From Geopsychrobacteraceae bacterium (GTDB lineage Bacteria; Desulfobacterota; Desulfuromonadia; Desulfuromonadales; Geopsychrobacteraceae), in the NCBI GenBank assembly GCA_963662315.1, contig OY759353.1, positions 448,001 to 512,000 of the forward strand: 64,000 bases of DNA, in the 5' to 3' direction. The translations under genes and the position numbers were made by a program. This document shows positions 39,561 to 48,706 of the stretch, piece after piece. A model generated the notes under the pieces. The model was not told the DNA's origin. It made no database searches and saw nothing but the letters and a program-made list of their open reading frames with translations. The stretch's first letter is position 1; each line of letters starts with the position of its first letter.

Positions 39561-40760
39561 ATGCAGCAGCCGAACCCCTTTCCCGGCGAAAAAATTCTGA
39601 TAGTTGATGATGAGAAAATCATTGTCGAGCTGGCTTCCCTGTTGTTGAAAAAACGTGGCTTTGAAGTGTTTACTGCTGCTGACGGACGGGAATGCCTTAC
39701 TCTGGTCGCACAACATAAGCCAGCAATCGTACTCCTTGATTATATGATGCCGGTACTGAATGGTCTTGATACTCTGCGTGAAATCACCCTGCGCTATCCG
39801 GAAACCTATGTCATCATGTTTACCGGCAAAGGGAGTGAAGACACCGCCGTTGAAGTCATGAAGGCGGGGGCCGCAGATTATATACAGAAACCATTTGCCA
39901 AGAACAGTCTGCAGGAACGGATCGCGTCTGTTCTGTCTCGCCGTCATCTTGATCTGCAGAATAAAGCGTTAATGAAAGAGCGCGAACTGTTGCAGCGCGA
40001 AATCAAAGAATGGAACAGTGAACTCGAGCAGCGGGTCAAGCAGAAAAGTCTCGAACTGGAACGGGCGCAAAAGGAGATTGTGCAGGCTGAGAAACTTGCG
40101 ACGCTAGGCCATGTGATTGCTGGCATGGCCCATGATATTCGCAACCCCCTTAACTCGATCAATCTATATGCGGAATTGTTGAAATCAGATGATACTTTGA
40201 CTGCAGAACAATCAGATTTTATAGATAAGATTTCGGACGAAGTTGAGCGTATTGAAAATATTCTGCGCACGATGCTTGATTCTCGGGGGACTCGTCAGCC
40301 CTTGCGTGAACCAATTTCTTTGTCGGAATTGTTGCGCAAGGTCTTGCAGGATTATCAACCGCGCATCTGTTCCCAGAATATTTCCCTGCTTGCTGAAATT
40401 GACGATCAGTGTCCTTCCTTTATTGGCAACCTGCATGAATTTGAACAGGTCTTTGTCAACCTGATCAGCAATGCACTGTTTGAGATGCCTGACGGTGGTG
40501 TGCTGAAGGTCGCCCTCACTGCAGCTGATAACGGCCTGCGTCTCGTTGTTCAGGATTCTGGAAAAGGGATTCCCCAGGGGCTTGAAACTCAAATTTTTGA
40601 ACCCTTTTTTACGACCAAGGATAAAGGGACCGGGTTTGGTCTGTCGGTGGTCCGGCGGGTTGTCAAAGCCTATGGTGGATCAGTTGTTGCCCATAACACT
40701 GAGGGGTTGGGGGCTTGTTTTGTCGTTACAATGCCACTGTTAATGATTACGGAACACTAG
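39561..40760 (+). CDS. Hybrid cytoplasmic kinase: receiver - coiled coil - HisKA - HATPase
   Basis: LIVDDE, LLDYMMP, AHDIRNPL H-box, NLISNA, DSGKGI, FFTTK, GTGFGL; no TM segment. Confidence 0.92.
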   Translation: MQQPNPFPGEKILIVDDEKIIVELASLLLKKRGFEVFTAADGRECLTLVAQHKPAIVLLDYMMPVLNGLDTLREITLRYPETYVIMFTGKGSEDTAVEVMKAGAADYIQKPFAKNSLQERIASVLSRRHLDLQNKALMKERELLQREIKEWNSELEQRVKQKSLELERAQKEIVQAEKLATLGHVIAGMAHDIRNPLNSINLYAELLKSDDTLTAEQSDFIDKISDEVERIENILRTMLDSRGTRQPLREPISLSELLRKVLQDYQPRICSQNISLLAEIDDQCPSFIGNLHEFEQVFVNLISNALFEMPDGGVLKVALTAADNGLRLVVQDSGKGIPQGLETQIFEPFFTTKDKGTGFGLSVVRRVVKAYGGSVVAHNTEGLGACFVVTMPLLMITEH

Positions 40761-40762
40761 TC

Positions 40763-42337
40763 ATGGCCTTATATTTTCGTGAAATTCCATTACTCCTCAC
40801 CGAAGAGGAGGACCTCCTCCCGGTCAAAATCGCTCAGCGTATCGGACTAAAACCACATCAGATCCTCAGTTGGAAGATCGTTCGTAAAGGCATTGACGCC
40901 CGGAAAAAGGCCCAACTGCTGAGAGTTTATACAGTAGAGTTCTGTTGTGCTGATGAAGATACTGTACTTGCTGACAATGCACAGATAAAAAATCTTGGTA
41001 AGGTCGAACCCTTTTCGCCACTGGTGGTGCCCCGTTTGGGAGCAGCGGAGCATGTTGTTATTGTTGGGATGGGGCCGGCAGGGCTGTTCGCCGCGCTAAC
41101 TCTGGCGGAATCCGGAGCACGGGTGACCCTGGTCGAGCGAGGCAAGCCGGTGGCGGAACGATTAGCCGATGTCCGTTCCTTTTGGGGTGGTGGTGAGCTG
41201 AATCCGGAAAGTAATATCCAGTTTGGTGAAGGGGGAGCTGGAACCTTTTCCGATGGCAAACTGACCTGCCGTCTAAGCGATCCTCTGATCCAGGCGGTTC
41301 TGCAACGTCTGGTGGAATTTGGCGCACCGCAGGAGATCCTGTGGCAGGCTAAGCCGCATATCGGCTCCGACCGGCTGCGCGGAGTTTTGTTGCTGTTGCG
41401 TCAGCATTTGATAAATCTTGGTGTTGATATCCGTTTCAACTGTCGGTTAAGCCGCCTGGAAATTGAGCAAGGGCGCTTGACCGGAGCAATTGTGAACGAT
41501 ACCGAACATATGACCTGCGCGCGCCTGATTCTGGCCACTGGTCACAGTGCCCGGGATACCTATGAGATGCTCAATGCGGTTGACGTCAGGCTGGAACCAA
41601 AAGCTTTTGCTGTCGGGCTACGGGTTGAACATCCCTTTGAACTGATCAATGAAATTCAGTACGGTATCCGCCAGCATGCCATGTTGCCTGCGGCTGATTA
41701 TCGGTTGGCGTGGAATAATCCGAAAACCGGTCGCGGGGTTTACTCCTTTTGTATGTGTCCCGGTGGGATGGTGGTTAATGCATCATCGGAAAACCAGCAT
41801 CTGGTCGTGAACGGCATGAGTGACTACAAGCGTGATGCTCCGTATTCCAACAGCGCTTTGGTCGTTACTGTCACTCCTGCTGATTTTGCTTGCTCTGACG
41901 TGTGTGCTGGTATGCAGTTTCAGCGCCGTTGGGAACATGCAGCCTTTGTGGCCGGGGGAGGGGACTGGCATGCTCCCGCCCAGAGTGTCACTGAGTTTTT
42001 GTTTGGGCAAGGTTCTCTGGTCGCTTCTTCTTGCCGTCCGGGCATCGTGCATGCCGATCTGCAGCAATGTTTGCCTGCTTTTGTGGCGGCTGAGATTCGC
42101 CAGGCATTACCCCATTTTGAGCACAAAATGCATGGGTTTGTTAGCCGGGAAGCAACCCTGATTGGTGTTGAAACCAGAACTTCGGCACCAATGCGTATTG
42201 TCCGCGATAAGAGCGGTGAGTCCGTTTCAACGCCTGGATTATATCCTGCCGGTGAAGGTGCCGGTTATGCCGGTGGTATAATGAGTGCCGCCGTCGATGG
42301 TATTAAAACCGCTGTTTCTATTATTCACAGTCTTTAA
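40763..42337 (+). CDS. Uncharacterised FAD-dependent oxidoreductase
   Basis: G.GPAG, GEGGAGTFSDGKL, PHIG.D, FCMCPGG, NGMS, GEGAGYAGGI.SAA.DG. Confidence 0.88.
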   Translation: MALYFREIPLLLTEEEDLLPVKIAQRIGLKPHQILSWKIVRKGIDARKKAQLLRVYTVEFCCADEDTVLADNAQIKNLGKVEPFSPLVVPRLGAAEHVVIVGMGPAGLFAALTLAESGARVTLVERGKPVAERLADVRSFWGGGELNPESNIQFGEGGAGTFSDGKLTCRLSDPLIQAVLQRLVEFGAPQEILWQAKPHIGSDRLRGVLLLLRQHLINLGVDIRFNCRLSRLEIEQGRLTGAIVNDTEHMTCARLILATGHSARDTYEMLNAVDVRLEPKAFAVGLRVEHPFELINEIQYGIRQHAMLPAADYRLAWNNPKTGRGVYSFCMCPGGMVVNASSENQHLVVNGMSDYKRDAPYSNSALVVTVTPADFACSDVCAGMQFQRRWEHAAFVAGGGDWHAPAQSVTEFLFGQGSLVASSCRPGIVHADLQQCLPAFVAAEIRQALPHFEHKMHGFVSREATLIGVETRTSAPMRIVRDKSGESVSTPGLYPAGEGAGYAGGIMSAAVDGIKTAVSIIHSL

Positions 42338-42349
42338 ATAGAGGATATT

Positions 42350-43492
42350 TTGAAAGAAATTTACGTAGAACAGATTAGAGAGCGTGAGCCGATTGTCACT
42401 ATTTTCCTGGTTCGGGAAAAGACCGTTGCCATGGCTAAAAACGGCAAGCCTTACATGACGCTGAAACTGATGGATCGCACCGGGGAAGTTGAAGGGCGTG
42501 TCTGGGATAACGTAGAATACCTGGAGAAAGCTTTCGCTAAAAACGATTTTGTCCGGGTCAGTGGTAAAGCGAGTGTCTATATGGGTAAGTTGCAGCTGGT
42601 TATCCAGGAACTGGCACGCCTTGAGGAAAGCGCCGTCGATCTTTCTGATTTCGTTCCGGTTTCACAGCGTACTGTCCCTGACATGCGCGCTGAACTTGAT
42701 GTTTTGCTGGACAGCCTGACTGATCGTCATATCGCGGCGCTGTTGCATAGCTTTTTTGATGATTCGGATTTTTTCAGTCGCTACAGCAAGGCTCCGGCGG
42801 CCAAAGGGATGCATCATGTGTACCTGGGCGGACTGCTTGAACATTCCCTGGCCGTTGCCGCGTTAGCCTGTGATGTGTCAACGCGTTATCCCAAGGTTAA
42901 TCGTGACCTGTTAATCTGTGGAGCTCTGTTGCATGACATCGGCAAGGTTGCCGAATTGGCCTATAACCGCTCTTTCGATTATACCGATGAGGGCAAGTTG
43001 CTGGGACATATCATCATTGGTGTGCAGATGATCGAAGACCGGGTCCGCAACATCGCCGGGTTCCCGGATGAACTGTCGATGATGATTAAACACCTTCTGC
43101 TGTCTCATCATGGTCAATATGAATATGGTTCGCCGAAACGCCCCAAATTTCTGGAAGCGGTGATTCTCAACTTTATTGATGACCTTGACTCCAAGATCAA
43201 TGGTGTTTTAAGCCATATAGAAAGAGAACCGGATAATCCTGGCAACTGGACAGGTTATCACCGCTTGTACGATCGTTATTTTTATAAAGCCGGACATACG
43301 GACAGTGCTTCTGTTGAATCGCCGGTTGCTGATAGTAAGCTCGAGCCAATCAGTTATCGTCCGGCGCAAAAATCTGCTGAAAAGAAAAAGAATTCGTTTA
43401 ACAAGCCGCTGGGCGCGACTTTGGGAGAACAGCTTAAAGAGAAGAATCTGGACCTGTTCGCATCAATGACCAGAAAAGAGGATACAAAGTGA
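42350..43492 (+). CDS. yhaM: YhaM/Cbf1 family 3'-5' exoribonuclease (OB + HD)
   Basis: N-terminal OB fold (KNGKPY..L.L.DRTG), APAA..MHH...GGLLEH, LLHDIGK, SHHG. Confidence 0.87.
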   Translation: MKEIYVEQIREREPIVTIFLVREKTVAMAKNGKPYMTLKLMDRTGEVEGRVWDNVEYLEKAFAKNDFVRVSGKASVYMGKLQLVIQELARLEESAVDLSDFVPVSQRTVPDMRAELDVLLDSLTDRHIAALLHSFFDDSDFFSRYSKAPAAKGMHHVYLGGLLEHSLAVAALACDVSTRYPKVNRDLLICGALLHDIGKVAELAYNRSFDYTDEGKLLGHIIIGVQMIEDRVRNIAGFPDELSMMIKHLLLSHHGQYEYGSPKRPKFLEAVILNFIDDLDSKINGVLSHIEREPDNPGNWTGYHRLYDRYFYKAGHTDSASVESPVADSKLEPISYRPAQKSAEKKKNSFNKPLGATLGEQLKEKNLDLFASMTRKEDTK

Positions 43493-44109
43493 TTTTAGAA
43501 AGCTTACCGAGCGGCCCGCTCGATGTGAATTGTTATATCTTAGGTTGCGAGAAAACCAAAAAATCTATCATTATCGATCCGGGTGGCAATGTGCCCCAGA
43601 TTATGGCTTTGCTCCATAAGCATGGTCTGGAAGTTGAAATGATCATCAATACCCATGGTCATTTTGATCATATCGGAGGGAACAAAGAGCTTACAGAAAA
43701 GACCGGGGCACCGTTGCTGGTGCATCGTCATGACAGCAGTCTGCTGGTTCAGGCCCGGGAAACAGCAGCTATTTTCGGGCTCAGTGCCAACCCGTCACCG
43801 GCTCCGACCCGGGAACTGGTCGGACGTGAACAATTGACCGCTGGCGAGGTATCGCTACGGGTCCTGCACACTCCTGGACATTCACGTGGTGGAATCTGCC
43901 TGTATACGCCAGGGCATGTTTTTGTTGGCGATACCCTGTTTGCCGGGTCGATTGGCCGCACGGATCTGCCGGAAGGGGATTATTCACTGTTGCTCGCCAG
44001 TATTAAAGAACAATTGCTGACCTTGCCGGATGATACCAAGGTGTATCCGGGACATGGGCCGGCGACGACTATTGGTTACGAAAAACAGAATAATCCGTTT
44101 TTGGTATGA
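43489..44109 (+). CDS. Metallo-beta-lactamase fold hydrolase (glyoxalase II-like)
   Basis: THGHFDHIG, TPGHS.G, GDTLF.GSIGRTD, PGHG. Confidence 0.9.
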   Translation: MILESLPSGPLDVNCYILGCEKTKKSIIIDPGGNVPQIMALLHKHGLEVEMIINTHGHFDHIGGNKELTEKTGAPLLVHRHDSSLLVQARETAAIFGLSANPSPAPTRELVGREQLTAGEVSLRVLHTPGHSRGGICLYTPGHVFVGDTLFAGSIGRTDLPEGDYSLLLASIKEQLLTLPDDTKVYPGHGPATTIGYEKQNNPFLV

Positions 44110-44118
44110 GGGGATAAC

Positions 44119-45321
44119 ATGTTGAAAGGGAAACATATCGTTCTCGGCGTCAGTGGCGGTATTGCTGTTTACAAAGCTGTCGAACTGTTGCGTCTGCTGA
44201 CCAAGGCAGGTGCTGACGTTCAGGTTGTTATGACCAAAAATGCCTGTGAATTTGTCACACCGTTGACCTTTCAGACTCTGTCCGGTAACCCGGTGCATAC
44301 GGACCTGTTCAACCTTTATCAGGAGCGAGAAATAGGGCATATCTCCTTGGCGGATCGCGCCGACCTGTTTGTTCTTGCTCCGGCAACGGCCAATCTCATC
44401 GCTAAAGTTGCGCAGGGACTGGCGGATGATCTGCTGACCACCAGTATTATGGCGACCAAGGCTCCAGTACTGGTGGTTCCTGCCATGAATACCAATATGT
44501 ACGAGAACCCCTTTTATCAGAAAAATGAGCAGCTGCTTAAAGAGCATGGCTACCATGTGCTGGAGCCCGCTTCCGGAATGTTGGCTTGCGGCTGGGAAGG
44601 GAAGGGGAAACTGCCTGATCCTGAAGTTATCTTTAACGCTGCCCAGGTGTTGCTGGCCCAAAAAGACCTGCTGGGAATCCGTATGCTTGTCACGGCAGGG
44701 CCGACCAGGGAAGAGGTTGATCCGGTTCGTTACATCAGTAACTACTCTTCCGGAAAAATGGGGTTTGCCATTGCACAGGTCGCCTGTCAGCGCGGCGCGG
44801 AGGTGACTCTTGTCAGCGGTCCGGTCAACCTGCCTGCCCCTTATGGCGTCACTTACGTTGCTGTTAACAGCGCCGCTCAGATGCGGGAGCAGGTGGTGTC
44901 TCGCATGGCAGATATGGATGTTGTCATAAAAGCGGCTGCGGTTGCTGATTACCGTCCTGCTGATCGCGCCTCCCAGAAGGTCAAGAAGAAGGAAGATGAA
45001 CTCGTTCTAAACCTGGAAAATAATCCTGATATTCTGGCCGAACTGGGGCAATTGAAAACCTCGCAGATCCTAGTAGGTTTTGCAGCTGAAACCGAAAATC
45101 TGCTCGACCATGCGAATCAGAAACTGAAAAGGAAAAACCTTGATATGATCGTTGCCAATGACGTCAGCAGAGAAGGTGCCGGCTTTGACGTTGATACCAA
45201 CATCGTCCGTTTCCTTTATGCTGACGGGCGTGTCGAAGAGCTTGACCTGATGGCCAAATCTGCTGTGGCTGAACAGTTGCTCGACCGGGTGGTGTCGCTG
45301 CGCCAGGGGCAGGCGCACTGA
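44119..45321 (+). CDS. coaBC: Bifunctional phosphopantothenoylcysteine decarboxylase/ligase
   Basis: GGIAVYKA, PATAN, PAMN, LACG..G.G, TAGPTRE..DPVRY.SN.SSGKMG, AAVADY, VGFAAE. Confidence 0.97.
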   Translation: MLKGKHIVLGVSGGIAVYKAVELLRLLTKAGADVQVVMTKNACEFVTPLTFQTLSGNPVHTDLFNLYQEREIGHISLADRADLFVLAPATANLIAKVAQGLADDLLTTSIMATKAPVLVVPAMNTNMYENPFYQKNEQLLKEHGYHVLEPASGMLACGWEGKGKLPDPEVIFNAAQVLLAQKDLLGIRMLVTAGPTREEVDPVRYISNYSSGKMGFAIAQVACQRGAEVTLVSGPVNLPAPYGVTYVAVNSAAQMREQVVSRMADMDVVIKAAAVADYRPADRASQKVKKKEDELVLNLENNPDILAELGQLKTSQILVGFAAETENLLDHANQKLKRKNLDMIVANDVSREGAGFDVDTNIVRFLYADGRVEELDLMAKSAVAEQLLDRVVSLRQGQAH

Positions 45322-46230
45322 TCATATAACCGTGAATAATGGTAAAATCTCATCTGGATTAGTGATGCCGAGTTTAAAGCGCTGGCGCAGTTCTCTGATG
45401 ATCAGGTCAGCGTCCTCCTGACGTAATTTACCGTCCAGCCAGAGGAGATTAAGGTTTTTGCGGATTAGCCCTGCGGCATTCAGGGCGCGTTCGCCGGTAG
45501 GGTCGGCCTGCCAATAGGGGCTGTCACTATTGCTTAAAATGCCGCTGACCGCCGCAAAACTCATGGCCATATACTCGTGATGTTCGCTCTTGTCGAATTC
45601 CCATTTTGAACGTTTCGCCATGGCAAAAATAATTTTATGCCAGCGGCGCAAGCGACTGACCAGCATCATGGAGTTAAAGATCTGCTTGTTGGTACTGAAC
45701 GAAAATATAGTATCAGATAAAGATTCACTGAGCATTTTGTCATGGGCTCGGTTATCGCGGTGGGCAATTTTTTTTGCGGCGGCCCAGGTAGCTTTCTGGA
45801 TCCCACTATCAGCGCGGATTTCCCAGTAGGCATGGTTCAACAGGACACTGTTGTAGGTCATGGCGAGTTTGTAGGGGACAAAGTAATTGTGTGCGATGGT
45901 GTCGGCGGCCAGATGCGAAAGGTAGCCGTAAGCACACGCTTGTGCTGCCGGGCTGATATTCTCAGCCCGCTCAAGGATTTTGTGGCCGATCCGCCAGTTG
46001 TGGCAGTGCTCCAGGTGATGGGTGTATTTTTTGCCCAGGGTAATATCGGCAGCAATACAGCCATATAGAAAATCATAGGGGTTGCTGCTGAGCAGGGTTT
46101 GCAGAAAGCCGGGCAAGAGTTCGGTGGTTTTTAACAGACGTAATCCCAAACTCAGGTGCACTCCAGCTCCCCAGGCGAACGCGTCAGCCGGAAGAATAAT
46201 GATGATAATCAGCAGTAGCAGTATTCTCAT
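45322..46230 (-). CDS. Secreted zinc-dependent phospholipase C family protein
   Basis: Signal peptide then W-G...H; G..AAD, H.H.W, HL.AD..AH, H..WE. Confidence 0.78.
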   Translation of the reverse strand: MRILLLLIIIIILPADAFAWGAGVHLSLGLRLLKTTELLPGFLQTLLSSNPYDFLYGCIAADITLGKKYTHHLEHCHNWRIGHKILERAENISPAAQACAYGYLSHLAADTIAHNYFVPYKLAMTYNSVLLNHAYWEIRADSGIQKATWAAAKKIAHRDNRAHDKMLSESLSDTIFSFSTNKQIFNSMMLVSRLRRWHKIIFAMAKRSKWEFDKSEHHEYMAMSFAAVSGILSNSDSPYWQADPTGERALNAAGLIRKNLNLLWLDGKLRQEDADLIIRELRQRFKLGITNPDEILPLFTVI

Positions 46231-46254
46231 GTTACGCCGTTTCCGAAGTGGGAT

Positions 46255-47007
46255 GTGTCCCGGGTGTTAAAAAAGATGTCTTCTGAGAAATTATATCACG
46301 AATGCCATGGAATAGTCCGCCAGGGCAAGGCTATGTTGGAGCAGCTTCAAGACTGGGGTTTTTCTACGCTGTATGCTGAGGCTGAGCCGGTCAGCGCTCC
46401 TGAACTTACGGTGGGGCGCGAAACCCCGGCGCCGTGCACGCTTGTCAAAAGTATAGGGCCGGAAACACTGCCCGAACTGGAAGCCAGCCTGAAGGGGTGT
46501 CAGGAATGTGCTCTTTGCCAGGAGCGGACCAATATCGTTTTTGGTCAGGGGAATCCGCATGCTGAGCTGGTTCTGGTTGGCGAGGCACCAGGCCGCGAAG
46601 AGGATAAACGTGGGTTTCCCTTTGTTGGAGAAGCTGGGCAACTGCTGGAAAAAATACTGTTTGCCATGGGACTCAAACGTGACGATGTCTATATCTGTAA
46701 CGTTATCAAATGCCGGCCACCTAAAAACAGAGATCCTTTGGTGGACGAAATTGCCGCTTGCGAGCAGTTTTTACAGCGCCAGCTGGCGATCATTAAACCG
46801 CGCCTGATTATTACTTTGGGACGCTTTGCTGCGCATACTTTGCTGCAGACTGATCTGCCGATCGGGCGTCTGAGAGGTCAGTGGCGTGAATATCAGGGAA
46901 TTCCCCTGATGCCGACCTACCACCCCGCCTATCTGCTGAGAAACCCTGCCGGAAAACGTGACGTCTGGCAGGATGTCAAACAGGTTATGCAGCGCTTGAA
47001 GAATTAA
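46255..47007 (+). CDS. Family 4 uracil-DNA glycosylase ([4Fe-4S])
   Basis: C..C.L, GEAPG..ED..G.PFVG.AG, KCRPP.NR.P, HP.YLLR; start uncertain. Confidence 0.92.
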   Translation: MSRVLKKMSSEKLYHECHGIVRQGKAMLEQLQDWGFSTLYAEAEPVSAPELTVGRETPAPCTLVKSIGPETLPELEASLKGCQECALCQERTNIVFGQGNPHAELVLVGEAPGREEDKRGFPFVGEAGQLLEKILFAMGLKRDDVYICNVIKCRPPKNRDPLVDEIAACEQFLQRQLAIIKPRLIITLGRFAAHTLLQTDLPIGRLRGQWREYQGIPLMPTYHPAYLLRNPAGKRDVWQDVKQVMQRLKN

Positions 47008-47072
47008 AGTTTTAAAAAGGCTGCAAAAACTGCGAAAGATATGGGTCGTGTGGTCGTGGCTAACGGGTCGAT

Positions 47073-47441
47073 TCAGGCGACAATGTCAAGATAGGTGCCA
47101 CGGGAGGGGACTTGGGGCGCCGCTGTTTTCTGATAGCGCTGGGTCTGACTATTGCCGGGACCTGATTTCCCCTGCGGCTGCACTGCTGCCTCATTGTTCA
47201 AAAAATACAATTCGGCAGCCAAACGGTTTGAATGAAGCTTGGCAGAACTGATGGCTGCCTTAGTTTGATGAGTGGGAGTGTCAACGTACTCAGCATCCAG
47301 AATCTCTGCAGATCCGGCATTCTGGTTGTAGCGGTAACTTGCACGTGCCCGTTCGGCTTGCTCTGTCGCTGCCTGTTTTTGACCTGTTTGTGAGGAAATC
47401 TGGTTGAGCAGGTCGGACGCTGATGAATGGTCGATTCGCAC
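47073..47441 (-). CDS. Hypothetical low-complexity protein ending in GTYLDIVA
   Basis: 122 aa ORF filling the gap; Q/A/S-rich; good upstream promoter. Confidence 0.6.
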   Translation of the reverse strand: MRIDHSSASDLLNQISSQTGQKQAATEQAERARASYRYNQNAGSAEILDAEYVDTPTHQTKAAISSAKLHSNRLAAELYFLNNEAAVQPQGKSGPGNSQTQRYQKTAAPQVPSRGTYLDIVA

Positions 47442-47489
47442 TATAAGGTGAGTCCTGTCATAAACAAAAAACTTTATGTTTAGCTCCTA

Positions 47490-47518
47490 AGTATATGTAA
47501 AACTGTACTTAAATACAA
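47490..47518 (-). promoter_or_regulatory. Putative sigma70 promoter for 47441..47073
   Basis: Minus strand reads TTGTAT - 17 nt - TATACT. Confidence 0.6.
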
Positions 47519-47565
47519 GAATGCAGATGCGCTTCAGCACTGAATCTTATCAAGCGGAAATTGAA

Positions 47566-48705
47566 ATGCGTATTTTACACACCTCCGATTGGCACCTGGG
47601 ACGGCAGTTCTATGGTCAGTCCCTGCTTGCTGATCAGCAGCTTGTTCTGGACCAGATTGTCGCTGTTGTCAGGGAGCGAGAGGTTGACGTCGTTGTTATC
47701 GCCGGTGATATCTACGACCGGTCGGTCCCACCGTCAGCTGCTATTGATGTTCTTGATCATACCCTGACGTCCCTGTGCCGTGACCTTGGGGTTCCGGTTG
47801 TTGTTATTTCTGGGAATCATGATGGAGGAGATCGCTTAAATTTTGGTGCGCGCCAGATGGCCGCCTCCGGTCTGCATGTTGTGGGTAAATTATGGGACCA
47901 ACCGGAAGAAATCATTGTTTGCGGGCGAGATGGCGATCAGCTGGCTTTTTACCCCATACCTTATACTGATCCCGCCGCTGTCCGTTATCAACATGCTGTC
48001 GATGTTACGACTCATCAGCAGGCGATGGAGCATCTGGTTGCAATGATTGCTTCCGCTCGTCATGGCGATTTACCTGCTATCGCCGTTGCTCATTGTTTTC
48101 TTGCCGGCGCTGAAAGCTCAGAATCCGAACGTCCCCTGTCTCTTGGCGGTCTGGAATATGTTGATCCGCAAATATTTTCTCCCTTCGCGTATACGGCTCT
48201 CGGTCACCTTCACGGACCACAGGCGCGTTTTGATAACAAGGTGGTTTATTCTGGGTCTCCATTGAAATATTCCTTCTCCGAAGAGCATCAGCATAAGTCG
48301 GTCAGTGTTATAGATATCGTCTATGGTGCTATTCAGAACTTTGAACGTGTCCCATTGAAATCAGTAAAAAATATGCGCACCATCGAGGGTTCGCTTGAGC
48401 AATTGGTCAGCGCCGGAAAGAGCGACCCCGCCTGTGAGGATTACCTGCAGATTCGCCTGACCGACACCCACGCGATTCTCGATGTTATGAACAAATTACG
48501 CGACGTATACCCAAATGTTCTGCACCTTGAGCGTCCGGGGCTGATGCGCCAGGAGCAGGTCAGTTGTCAACGTGATCTGCTTGCGCGTGGTGAGTTGGCT
48601 ATGTTTGCCGATTTTTTTCAGCAAACCACCGGGGATGTGCTGACGGCCGAACAGCAGAACATCATTCGTGATGAGCTGGAACAACTGCATCGCGAGGACG
48701 TCTGA
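47566..48705 (+). CDS. sbcD: Exonuclease SbcCD subunit D (Mre11-like)
   Basis: HTSDWHLG, AGD.YD...P, SGNHD, AH, ALGHLH, YSGS. Confidence 0.95.
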   Translation: MRILHTSDWHLGRQFYGQSLLADQQLVLDQIVAVVREREVDVVVIAGDIYDRSVPPSAAIDVLDHTLTSLCRDLGVPVVVISGNHDGGDRLNFGARQMAASGLHVVGKLWDQPEEIIVCGRDGDQLAFYPIPYTDPAAVRYQHAVDVTTHQQAMEHLVAMIASARHGDLPAIAVAHCFLAGAESSESERPLSLGGLEYVDPQIFSPFAYTALGHLHGPQARFDNKVVYSGSPLKYSFSEEHQHKSVSVIDIVYGAIQNFERVPLKSVKNMRTIEGSLEQLVSAGKSDPACEDYLQIRLTDTHAILDVMNKLRDVYPNVLHLERPGLMRQEQVSCQRDLLARGELAMFADFFQQTTGDVLTAEQQNIIRDELEQLHREDV

Positions 48706-48706
48706 A

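Noticed and set aside
43984..44661. 225 aa antisense ORF opposite the MBL hydrolase and coaBC
   Set aside because: Antisense shadow of conserved genes; no motifs
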